A stretch of 64,000 nucleotides of DNA, taken from contig OZ241863.1 of the NCBI GenBank assembly GCA_965203055.1, positions 224,001 to 288,000 on the forward strand. The letters are read 5' to 3'. Made by a program: the position numbers and the translations under genes. Under the pieces are notes generated by a model. The model searched no databases and was not told where the DNA came from. It saw only the letters and a program-made list of their open reading frames with translations. The stretch is from Spirochaetia bacterium. GTDB taxonomy: Bacteria > Spirochaetota > Spirochaetia > SZUA-6 > Bin103. How positions within the stretch are numbered: the first letter of the stretch is position 1; each line of letters opens with the position of its first letter. This document shows, piece after piece, positions 18,855 through 29,196 of this stretch.

Positions 18855-20173
18855 GCGAAGCGGTCAAGCGCTACAGCCGCCGCCTCACCCTCTACTTCGT
18901 CCTCGTCGTGGTGGCCGCGCTGGCCGCGGTCATCGCCAACCGGTTGGAGCCGCTGGTAACCGCGGCGCCGTTCGCGGCCGCCATCCTGACGGCGCTGTTC
19001 ACGGAAGGCGCGCCCCGGGTCCGCACCCGCCACCAGGTGTCGCGCAGCGCGGTGCACGAGGACGAGGCGGTCGACGTCCACCTGGAGGTCCACGCCGAGG
19101 CCGACGTGGGCGTCCTGGAATTGCTCGACCCGCTGCCTGAGTGGGCCGAGGTGACCGCCGGCAGCAACCGCATCGTCCGCCCGCTGTACGCCGGCCAGCC
19201 GGAGCGCTTCCACTACCAGGTGCAGTTCCGGCGCCGCGCGCGGGTGGCCCTCGGCGGCCTGCGGCAGCGCTGGCACGATCCCTCCGCGCTGGTGCGCTGG
19301 GAACAGGCGCTGCCCGCTTCCAGCGAGCTCACGGTGCGCCCGCGGGCGGCGCCGATCACCCACCCGGTGCGGCCGGCGCGCACCCAGGTGTACATGGGAA
19401 ACTACCCCGCCCCCACGATCGGCGACGGACTGGAGATCGCCGAGCTGCGGCCGCACGTGCCCGGCGACCGCCTGCGCAGCATCAACTGGCGGGCGTCCCT
19501 GCGCATGGGCGCGCTGCACGTCAACGACTATGCCCCCGAACGCAACGCCGACGTGGTGCTGCTGCTCGACACCTTCGCCGACGCCGGACCGCCCGGCGCG
19601 CGGCTGCTGGATACCGGCGCGCGCCTGGCGGCCAGCCTCGCCGACCACTTCCTGGCCGCCCGCAACCGCGTCGGCCTGATCGAACTGAGCGGCATCCTCA
19701 AGTGGCTGATCCCGGCCAGCGGCCCGCGCCAGCGCTACCGGCTGCTGGAAAGCCTTACCGACGCCGCGGTACGGCAGAGCTACGTGGGCCAGAATCTGCG
19801 CACCATTCCGGCCCGGGTCCTGCCGGCGCGCGCCTTCGTCATTGCCATCTCGGGGTTGATCGACGCGCGCTTCGCCTTCGCCGCCGGCGACCTGCACGCG
19901 CGCGGCTTCAACGTGGCGCTGGTGGCGCTCGACGCCGCCGCGGCCGCCGAGCACGCGGTCCGCATGCAACGCGCCGACGCGCCCGGCCGGCTGCTGGGTC
20001 CCGCGGCCGCCGATCTGTGGCGGCTGGAACTGGCCGAGCGGCGGCACAGTTTGCAGCACGCCGGCGTGCCGCTGGTGCCGTGCGCCGCCGACACGCCGCC
20101 GGAGCTGGTGGGGCGCGCCCTCGATCGGCTGCGCCGCGCCGGCGCCGGCCAGCGCGTCAGGATCGGCAGCTAG
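18851..20173 (+). CDS. DUF58-domain protein (MoxR partner)
   Basis: ELRPHVPGDRLRSINWRAS and VVLLLD motifs. Confidence 0.88.
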   Translation: MSEAVKRYSRRLTLYFVLVVVAALAAVIANRLEPLVTAAPFAAAILTALFTEGAPRVRTRHQVSRSAVHEDEAVDVHLEVHAEADVGVLELLDPLPEWAEVTAGSNRIVRPLYAGQPERFHYQVQFRRRARVALGGLRQRWHDPSALVRWEQALPASSELTVRPRAAPITHPVRPARTQVYMGNYPAPTIGDGLEIAELRPHVPGDRLRSINWRASLRMGALHVNDYAPERNADVVLLLDTFADAGPPGARLLDTGARLAASLADHFLAARNRVGLIELSGILKWLIPASGPRQRYRLLESLTDAAVRQSYVGQNLRTIPARVLPARAFVIAISGLIDARFAFAAGDLHARGFNVALVALDAAAAAEHAVRMQRADAPGRLLGPAAADLWRLELAERRHSLQHAGVPLVPCAADTPPELVGRALDRLRRAGAGQRVRIGS

Positions 20174-20187
20174 CCGATGGCCGACCG

Positions 20188-20730
20188 GTGATTCGCGGTC
20201 TGGTACTGAGCCTGCCGGTGCTGGTGGCGGCGTACGTCATGAGCATCGATTCCTCCGGCGGGTTGGCGGTGCTGGTCACCGGGGCGGTCGCGGCGGCGAT
20301 CGCCGGCGCCGCGCTGCGGCGCTACCGGTTGCTGGCGCTGGGCGCGGCGCTGCTGTTGCCGGCATACTGGGCCGCCCTGCTGGCCGCCGGGCGCGATCCC
20401 GACTTCTGGGGCGCGCTGGGGGTCGGCCTGGCCGTGTTCCTGCTCCTGGAGCTGGGTTACGACTGGACGGCGCTGTTCGGCCGCGCCGTCAGCCTGGCGG
20501 AATACGCGGCGCGCTGGCGCCACCTGGTGCGGAGCTGCGCGCTCGCCGCCGCGGCGGCCTACCTGATCACCCTGCTGGCGGTGAACCTCGCGCCGCGCCT
20601 GCAACACGCTGACGACACCGTGCTGTTTCTGCTGGCGGCGGCCGCCGCCGCGGCGGTGGCGGTGCTGCTCGCGAGCCTGGTGCGGTTGTGGCTGCGCCGG
20701 CTCGCCGCGGGCGGCCCGGCAGACCACTGA
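20188..20730 (+). CDS. Hypothetical integral membrane protein
   Basis: Multiple hydrophobic helices at the end of the DUF4129/DUF58 operon. Confidence 0.7.
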   Translation: MIRGLVLSLPVLVAAYVMSIDSSGGLAVLVTGAVAAAIAGAALRRYRLLALGAALLLPAYWAALLAAGRDPDFWGALGVGLAVFLLLELGYDWTALFGRAVSLAEYAARWRHLVRSCALAAAAAYLITLLAVNLAPRLQHADDTVLFLLAAAAAAAVAVLLASLVRLWLRRLAAGGPADH

Positions 20731-20846
20731 CCGAGCCGCACCCGCTCCGCCCGTGCGCGCGGCGCAACGCGCCGGGGCGCGGAACGGATGCCCGCGTTGC
20801 CGGCCGGCGGCCGTGAGCGGCCCGACGCCGGCGCGCGTTCCCCGGA

Positions 20847-21848
20847 TCAGCCGCGCGGCGGCGCCTCCGGCTTGCCGCTGTGGTGCGAGGCGTACACCGC
20901 GTCCATCAGTTCGCTGTACGCCACCCCGTTGCGCGGGCTGGTCGCCGGCTCGGCCTGGCCGAGCACCGCGTCGATGAAGTTGCCGATCGGTGAGTCGGCG
21001 CCGCCCGGCAACTCCGGTTCGATCTCCTCGGCGCCGTCGAATACGCGGATCCACGATCCCATCCAGCCGTCGACGTCGATGCGCCCGCCGGTGAAGATGA
21101 AGGTCAGCGCGGCGCCCGCCCCCGCGCAGTTGCCGCTGACCGTGATGCTCGCCATGACCCCATTGGCAAAGCGCACTGCCAGCACGCTGTTGATGTCCAC
21201 CGGCGTATCCTGGTAGTCCATGAAGCTGAACACCTGCCGCGGCGACGACTCCACCGTCCACACCACGCTGTTGAGCAGGTGGGAGCCGCTGTCGTAGGCT
21301 TGGCCGCCGCCGGACAGCGCCGGATCCTGCCGCCAGGAGCCGGCGGTGGTACGGTTCCAGTCCTGCGACAGGAAGCCGCTCACCAGTTCCAGGCGCCCGA
21401 AGCGGCCGCTGCGCACCGCCTCGCGCAGGTAGCGGAACGGCGGCGTGCTCGGCGTGTTGTAGCCTACCACCAGGATGCGGCCCGACTCCGCCACCAGGCG
21501 TTCCAACTCCCGCGCCTGCGCGGTAGCGGTGACCATCGGCTTCTCCATGAACACGTGGCAGCCGGCGGCCAACGCCTGCTTGCCGTGCGCGAAGTGCGCG
21601 GTATGCGGGGTGCAAATCACCACCGCGTCCAGCGCCGCGGCGCGGTACATGGCCGCGGCGTCGTCGTACGCCGGCGGGGACGCCGCGCCGGCCAGTTCCT
21701 CGGTCAGATGCTCCGCAACCCAGCGCTCGATGATGCCGGTGTCTACGTCGCACAGCGCCGCCAGCTCGGCGGCCGGGTGCGCCAGAATCCGCTTGGCGTG
21801 GTGGCGCGACATGCGCCCGCAGCCGAGGATCCCTACTCGAAGTGCCAC
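20847..21848 (-). CDS. Gfo/Idh/MocA oxidoreductase
   Basis: VGILGCG, ICTPHTAH, HVFMEKPM and GGGQAYDSGSH; SD AAGGAGG. Confidence 0.9.
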   Translation of the reverse strand: MALRVGILGCGRMSRHHAKRILAHPAAELAALCDVDTGIIERWVAEHLTEELAGAASPPAYDDAAAMYRAAALDAVVICTPHTAHFAHGKQALAAGCHVFMEKPMVTATAQARELERLVAESGRILVVGYNTPSTPPFRYLREAVRSGRFGRLELVSGFLSQDWNRTTAGSWRQDPALSGGGQAYDSGSHLLNSVVWTVESSPRQVFSFMDYQDTPVDINSVLAVRFANGVMASITVSGNCAGAGAALTFIFTGGRIDVDGWMGSWIRVFDGAEEIEPELPGGADSPIGNFIDAVLGQAEPATSPRNGVAYSELMDAVYASHHSGKPEAPPRG

Positions 21849-22062
21849 CTGTGCCTCCTTGTCGCGGCAGCACCATAGCCAATTACCGCCGGCGACGGAA
21901 GCCGTTTGCCGCGGCCGGGATGCGGCCGGCGGGCTGGGTCCGGGCGGCGCTCCGGTCCGGCGCAGTCCGGTACGTCCGCTTTTGGCTTGCTTGCTGGCTG
22001 GGTCTGCGGTTGGTTGCGCCGCCGCGCGGCGTGCTATGCTGTACGGGAGGAGTAGCGCGCGA

Positions 22063-23265
22063 ATGCGACGATGGACGGTGACCGACCATGCCGCAGGGGT
22101 GTGGGTGGAGACGCTGGACCTGGGAGCCGCGGAGCTGGGGCTGGCCGACTGCCGGGTTACCAAGCGGCGCCTGCGCGGCGGCCTGAGCGACGGCGTCGAC
22201 CTGCTGCAGGTGACCTGCGGCGAGCTTTCGTTCGCGGTGCTGCCGACCCGCGGGATGAGCCTGTGGCGCGGCCGCTACCGCGGCCTGGAGCTGGGCTGGC
22301 AGTCGCCGATCCGGGGACCGGTGCATCCCTGCTACGTGCCGCCCGGCGAACGCGGCGGCCTGGGCTGGCTGCGCGGCTTCGACGAGTGGGTGGTGCGCTG
22401 CGGTCTGGACTCCAACGGCGCGCCCGGCGCCGACACCGTGCGCGACAACAACGGCAACCCGGTCAGCGTGCAACTCGACCTGCACGGCAAGATCGCCAAC
22501 CTGCCGGCGCACTACCTGGCGGTCAGCGCCGACCCGGCGCAGGAGGTGCTGCAGATTACCGGCCACGTGGCCGAAAGCGCCCTGTTCCATCCGCTGCTGG
22601 AGTTGCGCACCACGATCACGGTGACCCCCGGCTCGTCCCGCATCACGGTGACCGACAGCGTGCATAACCTGCAGGCCACGCCGGCGGAGCTGGAGCTGCT
22701 CTACCACTGCAACTTCGGGCCGCCGTTCCTGCAGGCCGGCAGCCGCGTGGCGCTGCCGTTCACCGCCATGGCGCCGCGCGACGCCCGCGCCCGGGAGGGG
22801 ATCGGCGACGACCCCGCCACTGCCGCGGCGCGCGCCCTGGCCTGCTCCGGCCCGAGCGCCGGCTACGTCGAGCAGGTGTACTTCTTCCAGCCGGCGGCGC
22901 GGCCCGGCGACGGCGCCTCCCTGGCCGCCCTCGTCGCGGCCGACGCCAGCCGCGCCGCGGTGGTGCGCTTCGATTGCCGCCAACTGCCGTGCCTGACGCT
23001 GTGGAAGAACACCGCCGCGGTGGAGCAGGGCTACGTAGTCGGCCTGGAGCCGGCCACCAACTATCCCAACACCCGCGCCGTGGAGCGGGCCGGCGGGCGC
23101 GTGGTCAACCTGCCGCCGGGAGCGCGCTACGACGCCCAGGTGATGCTGGAGGTGGCGCTGGGCGAGGAAGCGGTGGCCGAGGTGGAGGCGGAGATCGGCC
23201 AGCTCCGGGCCGGCGCCGCCGGCACCGTCCACCTGCGGCCCCATGCCGACTTCGGCGCGGGTTGA
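22063..23265 (+). CDS. Aldose 1-epimerase-like protein (DUF4432)
   Basis: VLPTRGMSLW, LHGKIANLPA, LLYHCNFGPP and GYVVGLEPATNYPN. Confidence 0.85.
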   Translation: MRRWTVTDHAAGVWVETLDLGAAELGLADCRVTKRRLRGGLSDGVDLLQVTCGELSFAVLPTRGMSLWRGRYRGLELGWQSPIRGPVHPCYVPPGERGGLGWLRGFDEWVVRCGLDSNGAPGADTVRDNNGNPVSVQLDLHGKIANLPAHYLAVSADPAQEVLQITGHVAESALFHPLLELRTTITVTPGSSRITVTDSVHNLQATPAELELLYHCNFGPPFLQAGSRVALPFTAMAPRDARAREGIGDDPATAAARALACSGPSAGYVEQVYFFQPAARPGDGASLAALVAADASRAAVVRFDCRQLPCLTLWKNTAAVEQGYVVGLEPATNYPNTRAVERAGGRVVNLPPGARYDAQVMLEVALGEEAVAEVEAEIGQLRAGAAGTVHLRPHADFGAG

Positions 23266-23299
23266 CGGCCGCGGCGCTGCCCGCCACTCTGTCAGCGGC

Positions 23300-24556
23300 A
23301 TGTCCGCAGCGGACGACACCCGGGTCGTGGTAACCGGGCTCGGAGCGGTGAGCTCCCTCGGCAACGATGCCGCGCGGACGTGGCAGGGCGCGCGTTCCGG
23401 CAGCATCGGCATCGGCCCCATCACCAAGTTCGATCCCGCGCCGCTGGCGGCCAAGGTGGCCAGCGAAGTGCACGACCTGCCGGTCGGCGACTACCTGGAA
23501 CGCAAGGAGGCGCGGCGCATGGATCAGTTCACGGTCTACGCGACGGTGGCTGCCATTCAGGCGCTGCGCGACGCCGGTCTGGACGCGCCCGGGGCGCTGC
23601 CGCCGGAGCGCACCGGCATCATGCTGGGGGTGGGCTTCGGCGGCGTCCATTCCTTCCGGCGCGCCAGCGAAGCGCTGGTCGAACGCGGCCCGGGCGGCGT
23701 GGAGCCGCTGTTCGTGCCCAAGATGATGGCCAACAGCCCGGTCGGCCAGCTCGCCATCAAGTTCGGCATTACCGGCCCGGGGCTGGTGATCGCGTCGGCC
23801 TGCACCTCGGCTACCGACGCCATCGGCCGCGCCCTGCGCTGCATCCGGGCGGGGCTGTGCGACGTGATGATCACCGGCGGCGCCGAAGCCCTCCTGTCGC
23901 CGATCACCTTCGCCGGCTTCGGCAACCTGCAGGCGCTCACCACCAGCTTCAACGACGCGCCGCAACGGGCCAGCCGCCCGTTCGACAAGTCACGCAGCGG
24001 CTTCGTCCTCGCCGAGGGCGCCGGCGTGCTGCTGATCGAAGCGGCGCACCACGCCGCGGCGCGCGGCGCGCCGGTCTACGCCGAGCTGGCCGGCTACGGC
24101 GCCACCTGCGACGCGCACCACCTTACCGCGCCCCATCCGCAAGGTCTGGGCGCCCAGTCGGCCATGCGCCAGGCGATGCGCAGCGCCGGGCTGCAGCCGC
24201 AGGAGGTGGATTACGTCAACGCCCACGGCACCTCCACGCCGCTCAACGACCCGATCGAGACCGCCGCCATCAAAGGGGTGTTCGGCGCCCATGCGTATCG
24301 GCTCAAGGTGTCGTCCACCAAGTCGATGGTGGGCCATCTGCTCGGCGGCTCCGGCGGCGTGGAGGCGGTGGTCACGGTCAAGGCGCTGCACGAGCAGTTC
24401 TACCCGCCGACCGCCAACCTGGAAGACCCGGATCCGGCGTGCGACCTGGACTACGTGCCGCAGCGCGGGGTGGCGGCGCCGATGCGATCGGCGCTCTCCA
24501 ACAGCTTCGGCTTCGGCGGCCACAACGGGGTGGTGGCCTTCAAGCGCGCCGGTTGA
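23300..24556 (+). CDS. fabF: Beta-ketoacyl-ACP synthase II
   Basis: RVVVTGLG, SACTS catalytic Cys, NAHGTSTP, KSMVGHLLG and SNSFGFGGHN. Confidence 0.95.
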   Translation: MSAADDTRVVVTGLGAVSSLGNDAARTWQGARSGSIGIGPITKFDPAPLAAKVASEVHDLPVGDYLERKEARRMDQFTVYATVAAIQALRDAGLDAPGALPPERTGIMLGVGFGGVHSFRRASEALVERGPGGVEPLFVPKMMANSPVGQLAIKFGITGPGLVIASACTSATDAIGRALRCIRAGLCDVMITGGAEALLSPITFAGFGNLQALTTSFNDAPQRASRPFDKSRSGFVLAEGAGVLLIEAAHHAAARGAPVYAELAGYGATCDAHHLTAPHPQGLGAQSAMRQAMRSAGLQPQEVDYVNAHGTSTPLNDPIETAAIKGVFGAHAYRLKVSSTKSMVGHLLGGSGGVEAVVTVKALHEQFYPPTANLEDPDPACDLDYVPQRGVAAPMRSALSNSFGFGGHNGVVAFKRAG

Positions 24557-25353
24557 CGGACAGCGCGAACCTTCCGCTCCCGGCGGTGCGCCTGCGCCCG
24601 CCGGCCGATACCTGCTTCGAGCTGCAGGTGGCGGACGTGACCATCCCGGTTACCGTGCGCCACCAGGCGCGCGTCAACGCGCGCGCTACCATCGGCGCGC
24701 GCGGGCTCCTCATCCGGTTGCCCTCCGCGGCCGGCGCGGCCGCCTGCGACGAGCACGTGGCGTTCCTGCTGCGCTGGGCGGTGCGCACCATCGGCCGCGA
24801 CCCGCAGCGCTACCGGCCGCGCGCTCCGCGCCGCTACCGGGACGGCGACCTGCTGGCGGCCGGCGGCGACCGGTTCCGGCTGCGCATCGCGCCGGCGGCG
24901 CGCGTTACCAATGGCGTGCGCCTGGCCGGGCTCGAACCGGACGGCGCCCGCGTGATCCGCATCCTCCTCGCCGCCCGCCAAACCGCGGCCGCGCGGCAGC
25001 ACGCCCTGCCGCGGCTGGTGAGCCGCGGCCTGGCCCTGGCCAAGGAGCCGGAGCTGCGGCAACGGGCCGCGGCGCTCAACGAGCAGTTCTTTCAGCGCCG
25101 GCTCGGCACGGTGCGCTTCCGCTTTACCCGCAACCGTTGGGGGAGCTGCAGCGCGGACGGCAACATCAGCATCTCCACCCGCGCGCTGCTGGCGCCGGTC
25201 GCGGTGTTCGACTACGTGTTGATCCACGAGCTGGCCCATCTGGTGGAGTTCAACCACTCGCCGCGATTCTGGCAGGCGGTGGCCGCGGCGGCGCCCGACT
25301 ACCGCCGCCACCAGGCGTGGTTGCGGCGCCATCACCGCGACTGCCAGTTCTGA
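24553..25353 (+). CDS. M48/YgjP (DUF45) zinc metallopeptidase-like protein
   Basis: RWGSCS and DYVLIHELAHLVEFNHSPRFW; TTG start overlaps the fabF stop. Confidence 0.85.
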   Translation: MTDSANLPLPAVRLRPPADTCFELQVADVTIPVTVRHQARVNARATIGARGLLIRLPSAAGAAACDEHVAFLLRWAVRTIGRDPQRYRPRAPRRYRDGDLLAAGGDRFRLRIAPAARVTNGVRLAGLEPDGARVIRILLAARQTAAARQHALPRLVSRGLALAKEPELRQRAAALNEQFFQRRLGTVRFRFTRNRWGSCSADGNISISTRALLAPVAVFDYVLIHELAHLVEFNHSPRFWQAVAAAAPDYRRHQAWLRRHHRDCQF

Positions 25354-25458
25354 AAAGCGCCGGTTCCCGAAGGAGCGCGCGCCCACCGCGGCCGCGCCGC
25401 CTCGCCGCCGGTCGGCTTGCGCAGCGGGCCGCGGATACCACATAATCGCCCGTACCCT

Positions 25459-26748
25459 ATGGCTACCCAGGCAGCACCGCGCGGGCGCGCCGCAACCCTC
25501 GGCCTTGCTCCGAGCTTCGGCTTCGGCGACCGCATCGGGCTGGCCACCCCCGGTCACGCCGAGGCGATGCGCCGCGCCGGCGCCGGCATCGAACCGATCT
25601 TCGCCCAGCAGTCGATCCGCGAGATGGAGCGCACCGACCGCTCGCCGTCCCAGGTGCTGGCCGCGGCGCTGGACGGCATGGCCGCCGGCGGCTGGCCGGG
25701 GCCTACCGGGGCGGACGCCGACCATCTCAAGACCGCGGCCGACGTCGACGCCACCCACGCCGCCGGCTACACCTTCTACACCATCGATCCCTCCGACTAC
25801 GTGGACGAGCAGGCCGACGGCTACGATGACGCGACCCTGCAAGCCAGGTACGCGGCGGTGCGCGGCGAAGCGGAGTGGGTGGAGCGCTATCAGGGCCGCG
25901 CCATCTCCTGCGGCGCGGTCACGGTGCGGTTCGACGCCGCGGCGTGCATGCGCTGCGCGGTGAAGTATGGCCGCGCCATCCGCCGCGCGCTGGCGCTGGG
26001 CGACCACATCCGCGCCGTGAACGAGGCCGCCGGCAGCGACTACGAGATCGAGCTCAGCGTCGACGAAACCGAGCAGCCCACCACGCTGGCGGAGCACTAC
26101 ATCATCGCCGACCTGTGCCTGCGCCGCGGGATGAAGCTGGTGTCGCTGGCGCCGCGCTACCCCGGCGACTTCGAGAAGGGGATCGATTACCGGGGGGACG
26201 TGGCCGCGCTCGAACGTACGTTGCGGCAGCACGCCGCCATTGCCGAGGCGCTCGGCCCCTACAAGCTGTCGCTGCACTCCGGCTCCGACAAGCTGGCGAT
26301 GTACCCGGCGTTCGCCCGCGCCAGCGGCGGGCGGTTCCACGTCAAGACCGCCGGCACCAGCTACCTGGAGGCGCTGCGGGTGGCGGCGCGCCATGACGAG
26401 CCGTTGTTCCGGCGCATCATCGACTTCGCCCGCGCCCGCTATCCCGCCGACAAGGCCACCTACCACGTCTCGGCGACGGTGGCCGGCGTGGCGCCGGGCG
26501 CGGCGATCAGCGACCCCAGGGAGCTGGAAGACACCTACCTGGGGCTCTGGGAACGGGTGCCGCCGGGCCGCGGCTTCACCCAGCCGGGGCGCCAGATCCT
26601 GCACTGCACGTTCGGTTCGACGCTGCGCGACGCCGAGCTCGGCCCGGCGCTGGTGGCGCTGCTGGAGGCTCACCCCGACACCTACCGCGAGGTGCTGGCC
26701 GACCACTTCGCGCGCCACTTGGCGGCGCTGCGCGCCGGGCTCCGCTGA
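25459..26748 (+). CDS. uxaE: Tagaturonate/fructuronate epimerase family
   Basis: GFGDRIGLATPGH, AQQSIREM, GADADHLK, KLSLHSGSDK and HVKTAGTSYLEALR. Confidence 0.9.
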   Translation: MATQAAPRGRAATLGLAPSFGFGDRIGLATPGHAEAMRRAGAGIEPIFAQQSIREMERTDRSPSQVLAAALDGMAAGGWPGPTGADADHLKTAADVDATHAAGYTFYTIDPSDYVDEQADGYDDATLQARYAAVRGEAEWVERYQGRAISCGAVTVRFDAAACMRCAVKYGRAIRRALALGDHIRAVNEAAGSDYEIELSVDETEQPTTLAEHYIIADLCLRRGMKLVSLAPRYPGDFEKGIDYRGDVAALERTLRQHAAIAEALGPYKLSLHSGSDKLAMYPAFARASGGRFHVKTAGTSYLEALRVAARHDEPLFRRIIDFARARYPADKATYHVSATVAGVAPGAAISDPRELEDTYLGLWERVPPGRGFTQPGRQILHCTFGSTLRDAELGPALVALLEAHPDTYREVLADHFARHLAALRAGLR

Positions 26749-26776
26749 GTTCCCGAACGACGCCGCAGGGCGGCGC

Positions 26777-27205
26777 ATGATCAGTCCCGCGTTGGTCATT
26801 ACGATCGCCATCCAGGTCGCCTGCCAGGCATTCAAGGTGATCTATTATTCGATTCGCCACCGGCGGCTGGAGGCGGAGCGCTTCATCTCCACCGGCGGCA
26901 TGCCGAGCGCCCATTCCGCCTTCGTCGCCGCGCTGACGGTGTCGGTGGGCCTGGTCGAGGGCTGGGGTTCCGGCGCGTTCACCGTAGCGGTGGTGCTGGC
27001 CGCGGTGGTGGTGTTCGACGCGCTGCGCCTGCGCCGCATCGTCGACCGTCACAGCCGGCTGCTGCAAGAGCTGGTGACCCTGTTGCCGGAGGGGCGGCGC
27101 GGCTTCAGTCCGATGGTGGTGGGCCACAGCGTCGGCGAGGTGGCGGCCGGGGTGGCGGCCGGCGCGGGCATGGCGCTGGCCGCCTATCTGCTGTTTCTCG
27201 CCTGA
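26777..27205 (+). CDS. Divergent PAP2 family (DUF212) membrane protein
   Basis: TGGMPSAHSA, VVFDA and GHS motifs. Confidence 0.88.
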   Translation: MISPALVITIAIQVACQAFKVIYYSIRHRRLEAERFISTGGMPSAHSAFVAALTVSVGLVEGWGSGAFTVAVVLAAVVVFDALRLRRIVDRHSRLLQELVTLLPEGRRGFSPMVVGHSVGEVAAGVAAGAGMALAAYLLFLA

Positions 27206-27230
27206 GCCGCGCCCGCGGCCGGCGGCTGCG

Positions 27231-28079
27231 TTACAGGTCGCCGACCAGCCCCGTATCGGTCACCCGGTAGAGCTCGCCGCCGGCGAAGGTCACGTACAGA
27301 ACCGCGCGGCCCGCCTCGGCGAAGGTGCAGTTGGTGGGCCGGTCGGCCGGCGTCGGATGGGTGGACAGCACGCGGCCCGAAGCTTCGAACAGGTAGATCA
27401 TCGGCCCCGGGCCGCGCTCGCGGTGGCCGGCGGTGGCGACGATCAACCCCTCGGTGGTCCGGGTCATGCCGTCTACGCCGCGTCCATCCCCGAAGTCGTG
27501 CAGCACGCGGCCCGCGCCGAGGCTGCCGTCGGGCGCGATCGGGTAGGCGCGAAGCTGGCGCCGCTGGTCGCGGCGGTGCGGACTCTCGGCGACGTAGAGT
27601 TCGCTCTCGGCGGCGTTCAACAGCACGCCGTTGGGGCGGTTGGTATCGAAGGTGACGCGCACCGCGGCGGCGCCCGGATCGACCCGGTAGACCGACTCAT
27701 GGTCCAGACGCATGGGCCGCCCGCCGTAGTTGGGGTCGCTGAACCAGATGGCGCCGTTCGCCGCCTGCGCCAGATCGTTGGGTTCGTTGAACGGCTGGCC
27801 GGCGTAGTGATCGGCGATCACCTCGGTGGCGGCGCCGGCGGCGTAGCGCACCACGCGGCGGCCGCCCCCTTCGCAGGCCAGCAGACCGCCGCCGGGAGCG
27901 CGCAGCAGGCCGTTGGCGCGGCCGGTGTTCTCGCGCCACACCACGCGCTCGCCGCGCTCCGGGTCGTAGCGCCAGGTGCGGCTGGCGCCGATCTCGGAGT
28001 AGAACAGATAGCGCCCGTCCCACACCGGTCCTTCGGTGAGGTGGTCGTGGTGAATCACCAGTTCCCAATTCCAACTCAT
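27231..28079 (-). CDS. SMP-30/gluconolactonase family protein
   Basis: TEGPVW, FNEPND, PNG, DGM and PTNCTF. Confidence 0.9.
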   Translation of the reverse strand: MSWNWELVIHHDHLTEGPVWDGRYLFYSEIGASRTWRYDPERGERVVWRENTGRANGLLRAPGGGLLACEGGGRRVVRYAAGAATEVIADHYAGQPFNEPNDLAQAANGAIWFSDPNYGGRPMRLDHESVYRVDPGAAAVRVTFDTNRPNGVLLNAAESELYVAESPHRRDQRRQLRAYPIAPDGSLGAGRVLHDFGDGRGVDGMTRTTEGLIVATAGHRERGPGPMIYLFEASGRVLSTHPTPADRPTNCTFAEAGRAVLYVTFAGGELYRVTDTGLVGDL

Positions 28080-28096
28080 GGGTTCTCCTCCCGCCG

Positions 28097-29104
28097 TCAC
28101 GGCTCGCCCACCGCGGCCGCGCGGCGCTGCGCCATCTCCTGCTCCATCGCCTGCGGGTAGCGCGCCGGCGGTTCGCTCACCGCGGTGAGCGCCTGCGCCA
28201 GCTCGCCGTCGAGGCGCCAGCCGGCCGCGCCGAGATTTTCCGCCAACTGCGCGGCGTCGCGGGCGCCGACGATGGCCGAGGTGATGCCCGGCCGCTCCAC
28301 GGTCCAGCGCAACGCTACCTGCGCCGGCGTGTGGCCGCTCTCCGGCGCCCGCTGCAGCAGCAGGCGCAGCGTGTCGGCGGCCGTCGGCGCGAAGAAGCGG
28401 CGCGGATAGGCCCATCCCTCAGCCGAGCGCGAGCCGGGCCGCACCTGCTCGCCGGGACGATAGCTGCCGCTCAGGAAGCCGCCCGCCAGCGGCGCCCACA
28501 CCGCCACCCCGAGGCGCTTGTAGGCGCACAACGGCAGCAGCTCCAGTTCGACGTCGCGTACCACCAGGCTGTACTGCGGCTGGTAGCACTCGAACCGCGC
28601 CCAGCCGGCGCGGTCGCTGAGCCACAGCGCCTCGCTCAGCCGCCACGCCTCGTAGTTGCTGCAGGCCGCGTAGCGCACCTTGCCCTGGCGCACCAGCGTA
28701 TCGACCGCCTGCAGCATCTCCTCCAGCTCGGTCTCCACGTCGACGTGATGGACGTAGTAGAGGTCCACCCAGTCGGTCCGCAGGCGGCGCAGGCTGTCTT
28801 CGACGGCGCGCATGACGTGCGCCCGCGAGGTGCCGGAGTCGTTGATCCCGGAGCCCATCGGGTTGAAGAACTTGGTGGCCACCACGGCCTGCTCGCGGCG
28901 CCCCGCCAGGGCCTTGCCCAGCAGGCGCTCCGACTCGCCGCCGGCGTACGAGTTGGCGGTGTCGAAGAAGTTGACCCCGGCGTCCAGAGCGGCGTCCACC
29001 ATCCGCGCCGCCGCCGCGGCATCGGCGCTGACGCCGAACGTCATGGTGCCGAGACACAGCTCCGAGACCTTCAGCCCGGTGCGGCCCATCCGTCGATATT
29101 CCAT
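28097..29104 (-). CDS. Aldo/keto reductase
   Basis: LCLGTMTFG, FFDTANSY, SLRRLRTDWVDLYYVH and GKVRY. Confidence 0.93.
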   Translation of the reverse strand: MEYRRMGRTGLKVSELCLGTMTFGVSADAAAAARMVDAALDAGVNFFDTANSYAGGESERLLGKALAGRREQAVVATKFFNPMGSGINDSGTSRAHVMRAVEDSLRRLRTDWVDLYYVHHVDVETELEEMLQAVDTLVRQGKVRYAACSNYEAWRLSEALWLSDRAGWARFECYQPQYSLVVRDVELELLPLCAYKRLGVAVWAPLAGGFLSGSYRPGEQVRPGSRSAEGWAYPRRFFAPTAADTLRLLLQRAPESGHTPAQVALRWTVERPGITSAIVGARDAAQLAENLGAAGWRLDGELAQALTAVSEPPARYPQAMEQEMAQRRAAAVGEP

Positions 29105-29196
29105 AGCTGGCGGCAGGGTACCACGGCCGCCGGCGCCGCGGTACCTGCCGGGGCCGCCCGTTGCATAACCGGCCGGAACCGCAATAATCGAACGGC

